Of a stretch of DNA of 49,156 bases, positions 10,011 through 18,169 are shown one piece after another; within the stretch, counting starts at the first letter, position 1; each line of letters begins with the position of its first letter. The stretch spans positions 1-49,156 of the forward strand of contig JBKHXZ010000166.1 of assembly GCA_046565785.1 (NCBI GenBank), given 5' to 3'. Source of the stretch: Acidimicrobiia bacterium (GTDB taxonomy: Bacteria > Actinomycetota > Acidimicrobiia > Spongiisociales > ZC4RG35). A program made the position numbers and the translations under genes. The notes beneath the pieces were generated by a model. That model saw nothing but the letters and a program-made list of their open reading frames with translations. It was not told where the DNA came from and did no database searches.

Positions 10011-11066
10011 GTGTTCCCGGAACTGCCCACGCCCATCGCGCTGGTCGACCTCGACGTCTTCGCACGCAACATCGAACGAGGGCGCGCCCAGGCGGAACGG
10101 CTTGGTGTGGCCCTCCGTCCCCACGCCAAGACCGTCAAGAGCCCTGCCCTGATGGCCAAGGTCCTAGCAGCCGGTGCTAGCGGCCTGACCGTCTCGACCC
10201 TGACCGAACTCGAGACCCTGCGCGAACTGTGCGCCGACATCATGTACGCCGTTCCCACCGCGGAGGGAAAGAAGCGCCGGATCCTGGATGCGTTGGCCGA
10301 TGCCGACATCCGCCTCGCCCTGGTGGTGGACTCGATCGAAGGATCGAGAGGAGTGCCGAGCGACTCGCGCATCGATGTGGCGATCGAAGTCGACTGTGAC
10401 GGTCGACGTGGCGGGGTGGAACCAGACTCCGACGACCTCCTCGCCATCGGCGAGGTCCTCGGGTCGCGGCTCCGTGGGGTGATGACGCATGCCGGTGCCT
10501 CCTATGTCGTGTCACCGGCCGAAGCGGCAGCGGCGGAGCGTGATGCCGTGGTGGGTGCAGCATCCCGGCTGCGCAAGGCGGGACACGATTTCGACATGGT
10601 GAGCGTCGGTTCGTCTCCGAGCTTCTTCGCTGCACAAACGCTGGACGGTGTCAGTGAGGCCCGCCCCGGCGTCTATCTCTTCGGGGACGAATCCCAGGTG
10701 GCGTTGGGTTCGGCTCGTCCCGACGAGGTGGCTCTCACGGTGCTCACCACGGTGATCGGCCGGCGGGGAGGGACGGCCATCATCGACGCCGGTTGGTCCG
10801 CCCTGTCTCAGGATCGAGGTGCGCCGGTCGTCGAGGGGTCCGGTTTCGGTGTGGTCGACGGATTCGGTGACCTCATCGTCGAAAGCGCCACCCAGGAGCA
10901 CGGGATGGTCGTGAGTCGCGAAGGCGGGGATCCGGGGCTGGCGATCGGCGACCGGATCCGAATCCGACCGTTGCACGCCTGTGCCACCGCCGAGATGCAC
11001 CGGTACCTGGTCACGACCCGTGGAGACCAGGTGATGGCGACCGTGGAGCGCCCTCGCGGATGGTGA
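10011..11066 (+). CDS. PLP-dependent D-serine dehydratase-like / D-threonine aldolase-like enzyme (alanine racemase N-terminal fold)
   Basis: 351 aa. 'LRPHAKTVKSPAL' fits the PLP-lysine motif (HxKT) of the DSD1/D-TA family, and 'IRPLHACATAEM' fits the C-terminal domain. GTG start 10 nt after the kinase stop. Confidence 0.75.
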   Translation: MFPELPTPIALVDLDVFARNIERGRAQAERLGVALRPHAKTVKSPALMAKVLAAGASGLTVSTLTELETLRELCADIMYAVPTAEGKKRRILDALADADIRLALVVDSIEGSRGVPSDSRIDVAIEVDCDGRRGGVEPDSDDLLAIGEVLGSRLRGVMTHAGASYVVSPAEAAAAERDAVVGAASRLRKAGHDFDMVSVGSSPSFFAAQTLDGVSEARPGVYLFGDESQVALGSARPDEVALTVLTTVIGRRGGTAIIDAGWSALSQDRGAPVVEGSGFGVVDGFGDLIVESATQEHGMVVSREGGDPGLAIGDRIRIRPLHACATAEMHRYLVTTRGDQVMATVERPRGW

Positions 11067-11087
11067 GCCCGGGTACCGTTCCGCCCG

Positions 11088-12011
11088 GTGGACATCTTCA
11101 GTGGAACCCTCATTCTCGACGATGGCGCCCGAGTCCCCGTCGAACTCGGGGTGGACGACGAGAACCTGACGCTGCGCACCGGTGGACGGCAGATCGGCAC
11201 CTGGCCGATCAAGTACTGCCGGGTGTCTCCCAGCGGTCGGGGAGCGGTGCTGCTGTCTCTCGACGGGGAGAAGGCCGGGTTCGAACCGAAGGATGTCGCT
11301 CGGTTCTCCGCGGTGGCGGCTCAGCGCTTCCGTGCGTCCTCGCTGGCGGACCGCATCAACGTGATCCGGAACCTGCCGGCGGCCGGCAGCGAGGCATCTG
11401 AACCGGGTGGACGGCGGGAAGGAACCTGGTTCGTCCGCAACCGGCGCTGGGTGGGACTGGCGCTCGGGGTGTTCGGTCTGTTCGCCGTTTCGGTGGTGGC
11501 GTTGGCGGTTCTGTCTGGCGACGACCAGCAGGCACCGGCGTTCACCGTCCCCGAGTCGGTCGACGCGCTCCCGGCACCGCCACTCTTCGACCAGACCACC
11601 GAAGAGTTCACTCGAGAGTGGAATCTGACTGCCACCGCGTTCGATGTGCCGGTGCAGATCCGGGGAACCATGCAGCCGGGCGTCTTCGAATCCGTCTTGG
11701 CCCGGCACCTCACGTTGCAGGGACGCACCGACTCCGACGGCACGATTCGCTCGCTGGTGCTGGTGATCGACCCTGAAGGTGACGCCGACAGTGACCAATT
11801 GGCGCTGGGTGCCATCGGGGTGGCGATCGCCGTGGCCAATCCCGAACTCGACCGGGACGGTCGGGCGGCTGTGCTGGCCGACATGGGGTTGGATGTCCGG
11901 AATCCGCAACTCGACGGCCTCGATGGGGAGACCATCGTGGGCGACGTGCGGTATTCGATCACCTTCTACACCGAGTTCTCGGCTCTCCTGTTCACGGTCG
12001 AATCCGCCTGA
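11088..12011 (+). CDS. Single-pass membrane protein of unknown family (paralog P1)
   Basis: 307 aa. It has an N-terminal ~80-aa soluble domain and one TM helix ('WVGLALGVFGLFAVSVVALAVL') preceded by R-rich 'FVRNRR'. The C-terminal ~140-aa domain is clearly homologous to the C-terminus of the 12763..14319 product. GTG start. Confidence 0.7.
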   Translation: MDIFSGTLILDDGARVPVELGVDDENLTLRTGGRQIGTWPIKYCRVSPSGRGAVLLSLDGEKAGFEPKDVARFSAVAAQRFRASSLADRINVIRNLPAAGSEASEPGGRREGTWFVRNRRWVGLALGVFGLFAVSVVALAVLSGDDQQAPAFTVPESVDALPAPPLFDQTTEEFTREWNLTATAFDVPVQIRGTMQPGVFESVLARHLTLQGRTDSDGTIRSLVLVIDPEGDADSDQLALGAIGVAIAVANPELDRDGRAAVLADMGLDVRNPQLDGLDGETIVGDVRYSITFYTEFSALLFTVESA

Positions 12012-12093
12012 GCCGAATTGGGTTGCGTTTCGCGACCAAGTACTCTTCCCCCCGGACGACTTCTCGTCTATCCCCCCTGAAACGAGGTGAGTG

Positions 12094-12681
12094 ATGCGCG
12101 CCGTCGTGTCCTACACCGCAGGGATCCTCACTCTGGTGATGATGCTTGCATCGGGGAGTGCCTGGAGCCTGACCGAGGAGCCAGACCTCACCCCCGTGAA
12201 CATCCATCCTTCCCATGCCCGGCTGGCGTTCGTAACGGACGTCGTGCCGCCGGCAGTTCGCGCACGTGACCTCCCACCCGGCTGCCGACCGCCGGTGGTT
12301 GGTTCGACTTGTGCCTTCACGGTGGTCGCCGGTGGCCTGGACGTGCCGCGCACCGCGCATGACCTCGTGCCGGACGAGGTCGTGAGCCCCGACGACTGGC
12401 GGCCGTTGGTCGAACAGTTCTTCGCCCCCGGTCACGTTCGTCGTGCCCTGCGCATCATCACCTGTGAATCGGGTGGGCGTGCCGATGCCAAGAATCCGAC
12501 CTCGACTGCGTCCGGTCTCTTCCAGCATCTGGCCAGCCTGTGGCCGGAACGCTCGGCCGAGGCCGGATGGGCGGGCGCCGACGTCTTCGATCCCGTCGCC
12601 AACGTGGCCGTGGCGGCATGGCTGGTGTACGAGGACGGCGGTTGGTCGCATTGGAATCCGAGCGCCGGCTGCTGGCGCTGA
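12094..12681 (+). CDS. Secreted lytic transglycosylase-like (lysozyme-fold) protein
   Basis: Signal-peptide-like N-terminus 'MRAVVSYTAGILTLVMMLASGSAWS'. The catalytic-type block 'ITCESGGRADAKNPTSTASGLFQ' resembles SLT/Rpf-type transglycosylase domains. A GAGGTG Shine-Dalgarno-like element lies upstream of the ATG at 12094; a GTG at 12091 is also in frame. Confidence 0.75.
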   Translation: MRAVVSYTAGILTLVMMLASGSAWSLTEEPDLTPVNIHPSHARLAFVTDVVPPAVRARDLPPGCRPPVVGSTCAFTVVAGGLDVPRTAHDLVPDEVVSPDDWRPLVEQFFAPGHVRRALRIITCESGGRADAKNPTSTASGLFQHLASLWPERSAEAGWAGADVFDPVANVAVAAWLVYEDGGWSHWNPSAGCWR

Positions 12682-12762
12682 CCAACTTTGGGTCGGGCGA
12701 CCCAGCGATGTGCGGTCAAGTCGGGCCGGATTGCCGCCGATGCTCAAAGGCGGAAGCCAACA

Positions 12763-14319
12763 ATGACCATCGTGAACCACACCTCCGACACACATACAGG
12801 CCTGCTCGTCACAGGAACCGGCGACGATCTGGAAATCGACCTCGAAATAGTTGGCGGTCGCACGCTCCGCATGACCGCGGCGGGCGACGAGCTTGGCGCA
12901 TGGCCCATCGAAGAGTGTCACATCGCCCCCGACCCGGCGCGTGACGGTTCGTTTCGTCTGATCGTCGACGGGGAAGACGCCCGGTTCACCCCGTCCGATC
13001 CGAGCGCGTTCGCCACGTTGGTCCACACGGTGTCGGGAGACTCCGGACGCACCGAACACGGGTCGGATACCCCGGCGGCTGCTCCAGACGACCCGGTGGC
13101 CTTCCTGTTCGGTTCTGCCCCCCCACCGACCCCGCTCTCGACCGACCTGGGTGAGGTGGATCCGGTCGACGGTCAGGACGGTTCCGACACCCCCGATGTG
13201 ACCGGCGCGATCGTGGACACCGTCCCGGAGGAAGAGGCAGTGCCCGGAATCGTCCAAGAGGTCGGTTCCGAGGAGACCGAACAGTTCGAAGTGCCGGCGG
13301 ATACCCCGGTCGACGCCGACGGAGAACCCGAATCGGCGGAGTCAGAGCCCCAGGACGACCCGTCGCCGGCGCTGCCCGTGCCGGGGTTCGGCGCCGACGA
13401 CGTCGACACCGGATTCGTGCAGTTCCCCGACGTCGACATCTCCGGACCCGACACGGGGTCCGCCCTCGGACGGCTGTCGGCCGCCATCGGATCGTTGCGC
13501 TCCTCGGCGTCCAGCGATGCGAGTGGGGACTACGACGAGCTGGACGATCCGGACGCCGAATATGTGGTCGGACCCAACACGGTCGCCACCGACGTCCTCG
13601 AAACCCAGCGAGCCCTGCGGCAGCATCAACTCCGGGAGATGACCAAGGGCAAATGGTTGAAGTGGGGTGGTATCACCGTGGCTGTCGTTGCAGTCGTCGC
13701 CCTGTTCTCCTTCCTCGCCCCCCGGGCGATCGACTTCTTGCAGAACTACCGGAGCGACACCACGTCGCCGTCGACGACGGTCGCAACGACGGTCGCAACG
13801 ACCGTTGCAGAGACCACGCCGACCACCGTGGAGGCGACCGGGACCACCGTTCCCACCGTCCTCCCGGCTGACGGAGAGGAAGGAACGATCTTCGATCGGC
13901 CTTCACCCGAGTTCGTGGCGGCCTGGGAATCCGCAGGCGGGGAGATCGACGAAGTGCTGTTGTTCGACCGGCTGCCTCAACTCGGACCCTTCAGCGAGCA
14001 GTTCACGCCGTTCCTGCGCATGGAGGGCATCGTGCAACCGGACGGAACTCTGGACGGTTTTACGTTGGTGATCGATCCGAGCGGCCCCGCCGAATACGAC
14101 CGGGTGGGCATCCAGGCTCTCGGGGTGGCGATCGCCACGGTCGATCCGGAGCGCTCGCCGCAAGGTCGTGCCTCGCTGCTCGCCGAACTGGGTCTCAACG
14201 TACGCCAACCGCTGTTGGAAGGTATCGATGGGGCGACAGAAGCGGCTGGCATCGCCTACACGTTGGTCTACGACGCAGCTGCCAACCTGCTCACGATGAC
14301 GGTGACCCCGGCCGGCTGA
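12763..14319 (+). CDS. Single-pass membrane protein of unknown family (paralog P2) with long acidic disordered insert
   Basis: 518 aa counted from the ATG at 12763, which has an AAAGGCGGAAG purine-rich stretch upstream. The N-terminal domain is homologous to P1, followed by a ~200-aa D/E/P-rich segment, a TM helix 'WGGITVAVVAVVALFSFLA' and a Thr/Val linker. The C-terminal domain aligns with P1 ('LVIDPSGPAEYDRVGIQALGVAIATVDPE'). Confidence 0.75.
   Translation: MTIVNHTSDTHTGLLVTGTGDDLEIDLEIVGGRTLRMTAAGDELGAWPIEECHIAPDPARDGSFRLIVDGEDARFTPSDPSAFATLVHTVSGDSGRTEHGSDTPAAAPDDPVAFLFGSAPPPTPLSTDLGEVDPVDGQDGSDTPDVTGAIVDTVPEEEAVPGIVQEVGSEETEQFEVPADTPVDADGEPESAESEPQDDPSPALPVPGFGADDVDTGFVQFPDVDISGPDTGSALGRLSAAIGSLRSSASSDASGDYDELDDPDAEYVVGPNTVATDVLETQRALRQHQLREMTKGKWLKWGGITVAVVAVVALFSFLAPRAIDFLQNYRSDTTSPSTTVATTVATTVAETTPTTVEATGTTVPTVLPADGEEGTIFDRPSPEFVAAWESAGGEIDEVLLFDRLPQLGPFSEQFTPFLRMEGIVQPDGTLDGFTLVIDPSGPAEYDRVGIQALGVAIATVDPERSPQGRASLLAELGLNVRQPLLEGIDGATEAAGIAYTLVYDAAANLLTMTVTPAG
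13774..13809 (+). repeat. 12-nt in-frame tandem repeat (ACGACGGTCGCA x2 perfect plus one diverged copy) encoding (TTVA)n
   Basis: Read directly: acgacggtcgca at 13774-13785, acgacggtcgca at 13786-13797, acgaccgttgca at 13798-13809. It sits in the extracytoplasmic linker of P2. Confidence 0.85.
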
Positions 14320-16642
14320 GTTCGATCCGGTTGGATCCTGGGCGCAGAACCACCTTCCGGCCTTCCACTTCCAGTTCGAACGGGTCGCCCTCGCGGAGTT
14401 CGAGATCGACTGCGTCGGCTTCGAGCCGGATCCGTAGCAGACGCCCCCTGTGGGGGAACCCGACGGTCAGGTGGGACCACGCCGCCGGAAGCACCGGGTC
14501 GAACCGGATGTTTTCGCCATGTCGGCGCAAGCCGAGGAAGCCGTGCACCAATGCCTGCCACACGCCACCGGCCGACGCCATGTGCACGCCGTCGGTGGTG
14601 TTTCCGGCCAGGTCGGCGAGGTCCATGAACAGGGCGTGCATGAAGTGGTCCATCGCCTTTTCGGGGTAGCCGATCTCCGATGCGATGATCGCCTGGACGC
14701 AGGCGGAGAGAGACGAATCGCCTGTGGTGATCGGGTCGTAGTAGTCGAAGTTGGCTCGCTTCAGTTCGGCACTGAACTCGTCCCCGAGGAGGAAGTCGGC
14801 GAGCATCACGTCAGCCTGTTTCAGCACCTGGAAGCGGTAGATGACGAGCGGATGGAAGTGCAAGAGCAGGGGGTACTTGTTCGCAGGCGTCCCGGCGAAG
14901 TCCCACGGTTCCTTCTTGAGGAAGTCGTCGTCTTGAGGGGTGATTCCCAGTTCCTGGTCGTAGGGGATGTACATGGCGTCTGCGGCCAACCGCCACCGGG
15001 TGATCTCGTCGTCTTCGACTGTGAGCCGCTCGGCGAGTTCGTTCCATCGGTCGGGATGTTCGGACCGCATCCGGCTGGCGATCTCTGCTGCATAGCGCAT
15101 GTTCATCCGTGCCATGGCGTTGGTGAAGGCGTTGTCGTCCACCAGGGCGGTGTATTCGTCGGGGCCGGTCACGCCGTGGATGTGGAAGCGGTTGTTGCGG
15201 TAGAAGCCGAGGTCCTCCCACATTCGCGCCGTCTCGACCCCGATCTCGACACCAAAGTCCCACAGGAAGTCCTCGTCCCCGGTCGCCTCCACGTAGCTGC
15301 GGATCGCATAGGTCACGTCGGCGTCGATGTGGTATTGGGCGGTCCCGGCCAGGAAATACGCCGAAGCTTCCTCCCCGGTGATCGTTCGCCACGGGAACAA
15401 CGCTCCACGTTGGGACAGCTCTGCGGCTCGTCTGCGGGCGGCATCCAGCATGCGGTACCGATGCAGCAGGATCTCCCGAGCCTTCTCGGGGAGTGCCCGG
15501 GCGAGGAAAGGCAGCAGATAGATCTCGGTGTCCCAGAAGTAATGCCCGTCGTAGGCCTGTCCGGTGAGACCCTTGGCGGGAATCGAACCGTCCTCCAACT
15601 GGACGGCGGCCTGAAACATCTGGAAGAGCGACCAGCGGATGGCGCGCTGGGTGTCGACCGACGTGCCCACCTCGACGTCGGCGCGGTCCCACAGTTCCGC
15701 CAGGATGCGGGATTGGGCGGATGCGAGACCGCCGAATCCCATCTCCTGACATCGGTCGAGGTCGGCGACGACCGCGTTCCGGTCCACCTCGGTGGGTCGT
15801 TCACTGCAGCGGCGATAGTGAGCGAACTTCTCGACGACGAACGGTGTATCCGGGTCGACCTCGGTGCTGAAGCGGTATCCGAAGTCGTTTGCGTCCCGGT
15901 GCAGCTCGACTTCGGCCGGCTGTGACAAGCGATGGTCGATCGAAGCGATCAACCCCATCCCGGAGCGGGCGGTAACCCACCCCTGGGAGAAGCGGAGTCC
16001 GTCGAGAGTGGCAGCGCGGGGCTCCAACACCCGATGCGAGAAGGACTGTGCGCGGCGGGGGTCGTCCTCGGCGAGATCCTCGGCCTGCTTGCGATCCTGC
16101 CGGTTGACCATGCGGGAGGTGACGGAGACCCGGGCCGGCCGATCGACCGACACGGTCACGGAGAACGCGGCCACCTCGCGCATCTGCAACGAAACCAGCC
16201 GTCGGAACGCCACGGCCGCCCGAGTCCCGCTTGCCGCAGTGAACTCGACTCTCCGTTCCAGGACTCCGTGGCGGAAGTCGAGCCAGCGTCGTTGCGAGAT
16301 GTCGTCCAGTTTGTTCAACGACAGGCGGGTCCCGTCGACCTCGACCCGGATCGAGGTGGCGTCGGGAACGTTGACGATCGTCTGACCCGTGCGGGCGAGA
16401 CCGAAGGCGTTCTCGGCGTGGGTGATCGGCCAGGTCTCGTGGAATCCGTTGACGAACGTGCCGTGGAGATGGACCGGGGTTCCCTCGTCGACGGTGCCGC
16501 GTATCCCCAGGTAGCCGTTCGAGAGGGCGAAAATCGTCTCGGTGAGATAGACGAATCGTGGGGCGAACGCTTCCTCCACCACCGCCCACGGGTCTCCCGG
16601 GTAGAGGTCGCTGGGAAGGTCTGTGCGTTGCCGTCCGATCAT
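14291..16642 (-). CDS. Glycoside hydrolase family 65 disaccharide phosphorylase (trehalose/maltose/kojibiose phosphorylase type)
   Basis: 783 aa. The N-terminus 'ETIFALSNGYLGIRGTVDEG' and the central 'YHIDADVTYAIRSY'/'GVTGPDEYTALVDDNAFTN' blocks are typical of GH65. It lies directly downstream of a beta-phosphoglucomutase gene. Confidence 0.9.
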   Translation of the reverse strand: MIGRQRTDLPSDLYPGDPWAVVEEAFAPRFVYLTETIFALSNGYLGIRGTVDEGTPVHLHGTFVNGFHETWPITHAENAFGLARTGQTIVNVPDATSIRVEVDGTRLSLNKLDDISQRRWLDFRHGVLERRVEFTAASGTRAAVAFRRLVSLQMREVAAFSVTVSVDRPARVSVTSRMVNRQDRKQAEDLAEDDPRRAQSFSHRVLEPRAATLDGLRFSQGWVTARSGMGLIASIDHRLSQPAEVELHRDANDFGYRFSTEVDPDTPFVVEKFAHYRRCSERPTEVDRNAVVADLDRCQEMGFGGLASAQSRILAELWDRADVEVGTSVDTQRAIRWSLFQMFQAAVQLEDGSIPAKGLTGQAYDGHYFWDTEIYLLPFLARALPEKAREILLHRYRMLDAARRRAAELSQRGALFPWRTITGEEASAYFLAGTAQYHIDADVTYAIRSYVEATGDEDFLWDFGVEIGVETARMWEDLGFYRNNRFHIHGVTGPDEYTALVDDNAFTNAMARMNMRYAAEIASRMRSEHPDRWNELAERLTVEDDEITRWRLAADAMYIPYDQELGITPQDDDFLKKEPWDFAGTPANKYPLLLHFHPLVIYRFQVLKQADVMLADFLLGDEFSAELKRANFDYYDPITTGDSSLSACVQAIIASEIGYPEKAMDHFMHALFMDLADLAGNTTDGVHMASAGGVWQALVHGFLGLRRHGENIRFDPVLPAAWSHLTVGFPHRGRLLRIRLEADAVDLELREGDPFELEVEGRKVVLRPGSNRIELSRPGSPSS

Positions 16643-16653
16643 CGGCGGCGAGC

Positions 16654-17394
16654 CTAGGGCTGTCGTTCCGGCGGAAGGAGTTCAGCGAGGTCCGCAACGA
16701 CGAGGTCCGCCCCCGCCTTGTGCAGGTCCTCCTCGTTGTCTTCCCTCGCCACCCCAACGACCAGTCCGAACCTTCCGGCGGCGCCGGCTTCCACCCCCGA
16801 GGAGGCGTCCTCGACGATGGCGGTGTCCTCCGGCCGGACCCCGAGGCGGTCGGCGGCGAACAGGAACGTGTCCGGCGCCGGTTTTCCTTCGAGCCGCTCC
16901 TGGCGGGCGACGATGCCGTCCACGACCAGTGCGAAGCGATCGGCCAGGCCGGCGGCTCCCAGCACGGCCGCCGCGTTGGCCGAGGAGGAGACCACCGCCA
17001 CGGCCACGCCCGAGTCCCTCAGATGATCGAGGAGCGCGACCGATCCCGGATACGGTCGTACGCCGTCGTCTTCGAGGACGGCCCGGAACTCGTCGTTCTT
17101 GAGGTTCCCGACACCGGCCTCGGTCCTGAGTGAGGGAGGGTCGGAAGGATCCCCCGGCGGCAGGTCGATCCCCCGTGCGGTCAGGAACGAATGGACGCCG
17201 TCGTACCGTGGTTTGCCGTCCACGTACTTCAGATAGTCGTCGAGGGTGAAGAGTTCGGCGGCCGACCCGTACAGGGACTGCAGGAGCCGGTCGAAGGTGC
17301 GCTTCCACGCGGCCCGGTGCACCTCGGCGGTCGGCGTGAGCACCCCGTCGAGATCGAACAGGACGGCGGCGTGGCGGTCGAGAGGCCGAGTCAT
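16654..17394 (-). CDS. pgmB: Beta-phosphoglucomutase (HAD superfamily)
   Basis: 246 aa with HAD motif I 'LFDLDGVLT', 'VVSSSANA' and 'AIVEDASSGVEAGAAG'. It forms the classical operon partner of a GH65 phosphorylase, 11 nt upstream of it. Confidence 0.85.
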   Translation of the reverse strand: MTRPLDRHAAVLFDLDGVLTPTAEVHRAAWKRTFDRLLQSLYGSAAELFTLDDYLKYVDGKPRYDGVHSFLTARGIDLPPGDPSDPPSLRTEAGVGNLKNDEFRAVLEDDGVRPYPGSVALLDHLRDSGVAVAVVSSSANAAAVLGAAGLADRFALVVDGIVARQERLEGKPAPDTFLFAADRLGVRPEDTAIVEDASSGVEAGAAGRFGLVVGVAREDNEEDLHKAGADLVVADLAELLPPERQP

Positions 17395-17446
17395 GGATTC
17401 GACGCTACCGCCCTCAGCTCACCGCTGACGCGCCAAGATTGGGTCG

Positions 17447-18142
17447 ATGCGAATCCTGATCGTGGAGGACGAGGAGAGTCTGGCGACCGCCATTCGCCGC
17501 GGCCTGGCCCGGCGGGGGCATGCAGTGGACATCGTCGGTTCGGTGACAGATGCCGAGATCGCGCTGGCCTCGGCTGCCCACGATCTGGTCATCCTGGACT
17601 GGAATCTGCCGGATGGGGCGGGTGTGGACCTCGCGTTGGGACTCAAGTCCGGTTCGGTGCCCACGTTGGACGGCAGCCCCCCGCGAATCCTGATGCTCAC
17701 CGCACGTGACACCCTCGACGATCGGGTCCGGGGGCTGGACGCAGGGGCCGACGACTATCTGGTCAAGCCGTTCGCTTTCGCCGAACTCGAAGCGCGGGTG
17801 CGCGCCCTCCTCCGCCGCGACCACGACCTGCCGCCCGTGCTGCGGCTCGGCGACATCACCCTGGACCCTGCCCGGTTCGACGCACGGCGTGGGGAGCGGG
17901 CGCTGGGGTTGACCGCCAAGGAGTTCGCGCTGCTCGAATACTTCCTGGCGCATCCCGACACCGTTCACAGTCAGGAGGATCTGCTGGAGCACGTGTGGGA
18001 CGAGATGGCTGATCCCTTTACCAACACCGTGCGCGTGACCATCTCGAATCTCCGTAAGAAGCTGGGCGATCCGCCGGTGATCGAGACTGTGCCGGGGCGC
18101 GGTTACGTAGTGCGTTCCGAGGATCCTTTATCCGGGGCTTAG
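17447..18142 (+). CDS. OmpR/PhoB-family response regulator (MprA-like)
   Basis: 231 aa. Receiver domain 'MRILIVEDEE...DLVILDWNLPDG', 'DDYLVKPFAFAEL', and a winged-helix C-terminus 'LTAKEFALLEYF...GRGY'. Confidence 0.9.
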   Translation: MRILIVEDEESLATAIRRGLARRGHAVDIVGSVTDAEIALASAAHDLVILDWNLPDGAGVDLALGLKSGSVPTLDGSPPRILMLTARDTLDDRVRGLDAGADDYLVKPFAFAELEARVRALLRRDHDLPPVLRLGDITLDPARFDARRGERALGLTAKEFALLEYFLAHPDTVHSQEDLLEHVWDEMADPFTNTVRVTISNLRKKLGDPPVIETVPGRGYVVRSEDPLSGA

Positions 18143-18169
18143 CCCTGGCGGAATACGCTGACCCGGCCG

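Noticed and set aside
12012-12093. Possible ydaO/c-di-AMP-type riboswitch upstream of the transglycosylase-like gene, as seen upstream of some actinobacterial rpf genes
   Set aside because: The spacer is only about 80 nt and lacks the conserved ydaO core features I can recall. Only a weak 6-bp hairpin is present.
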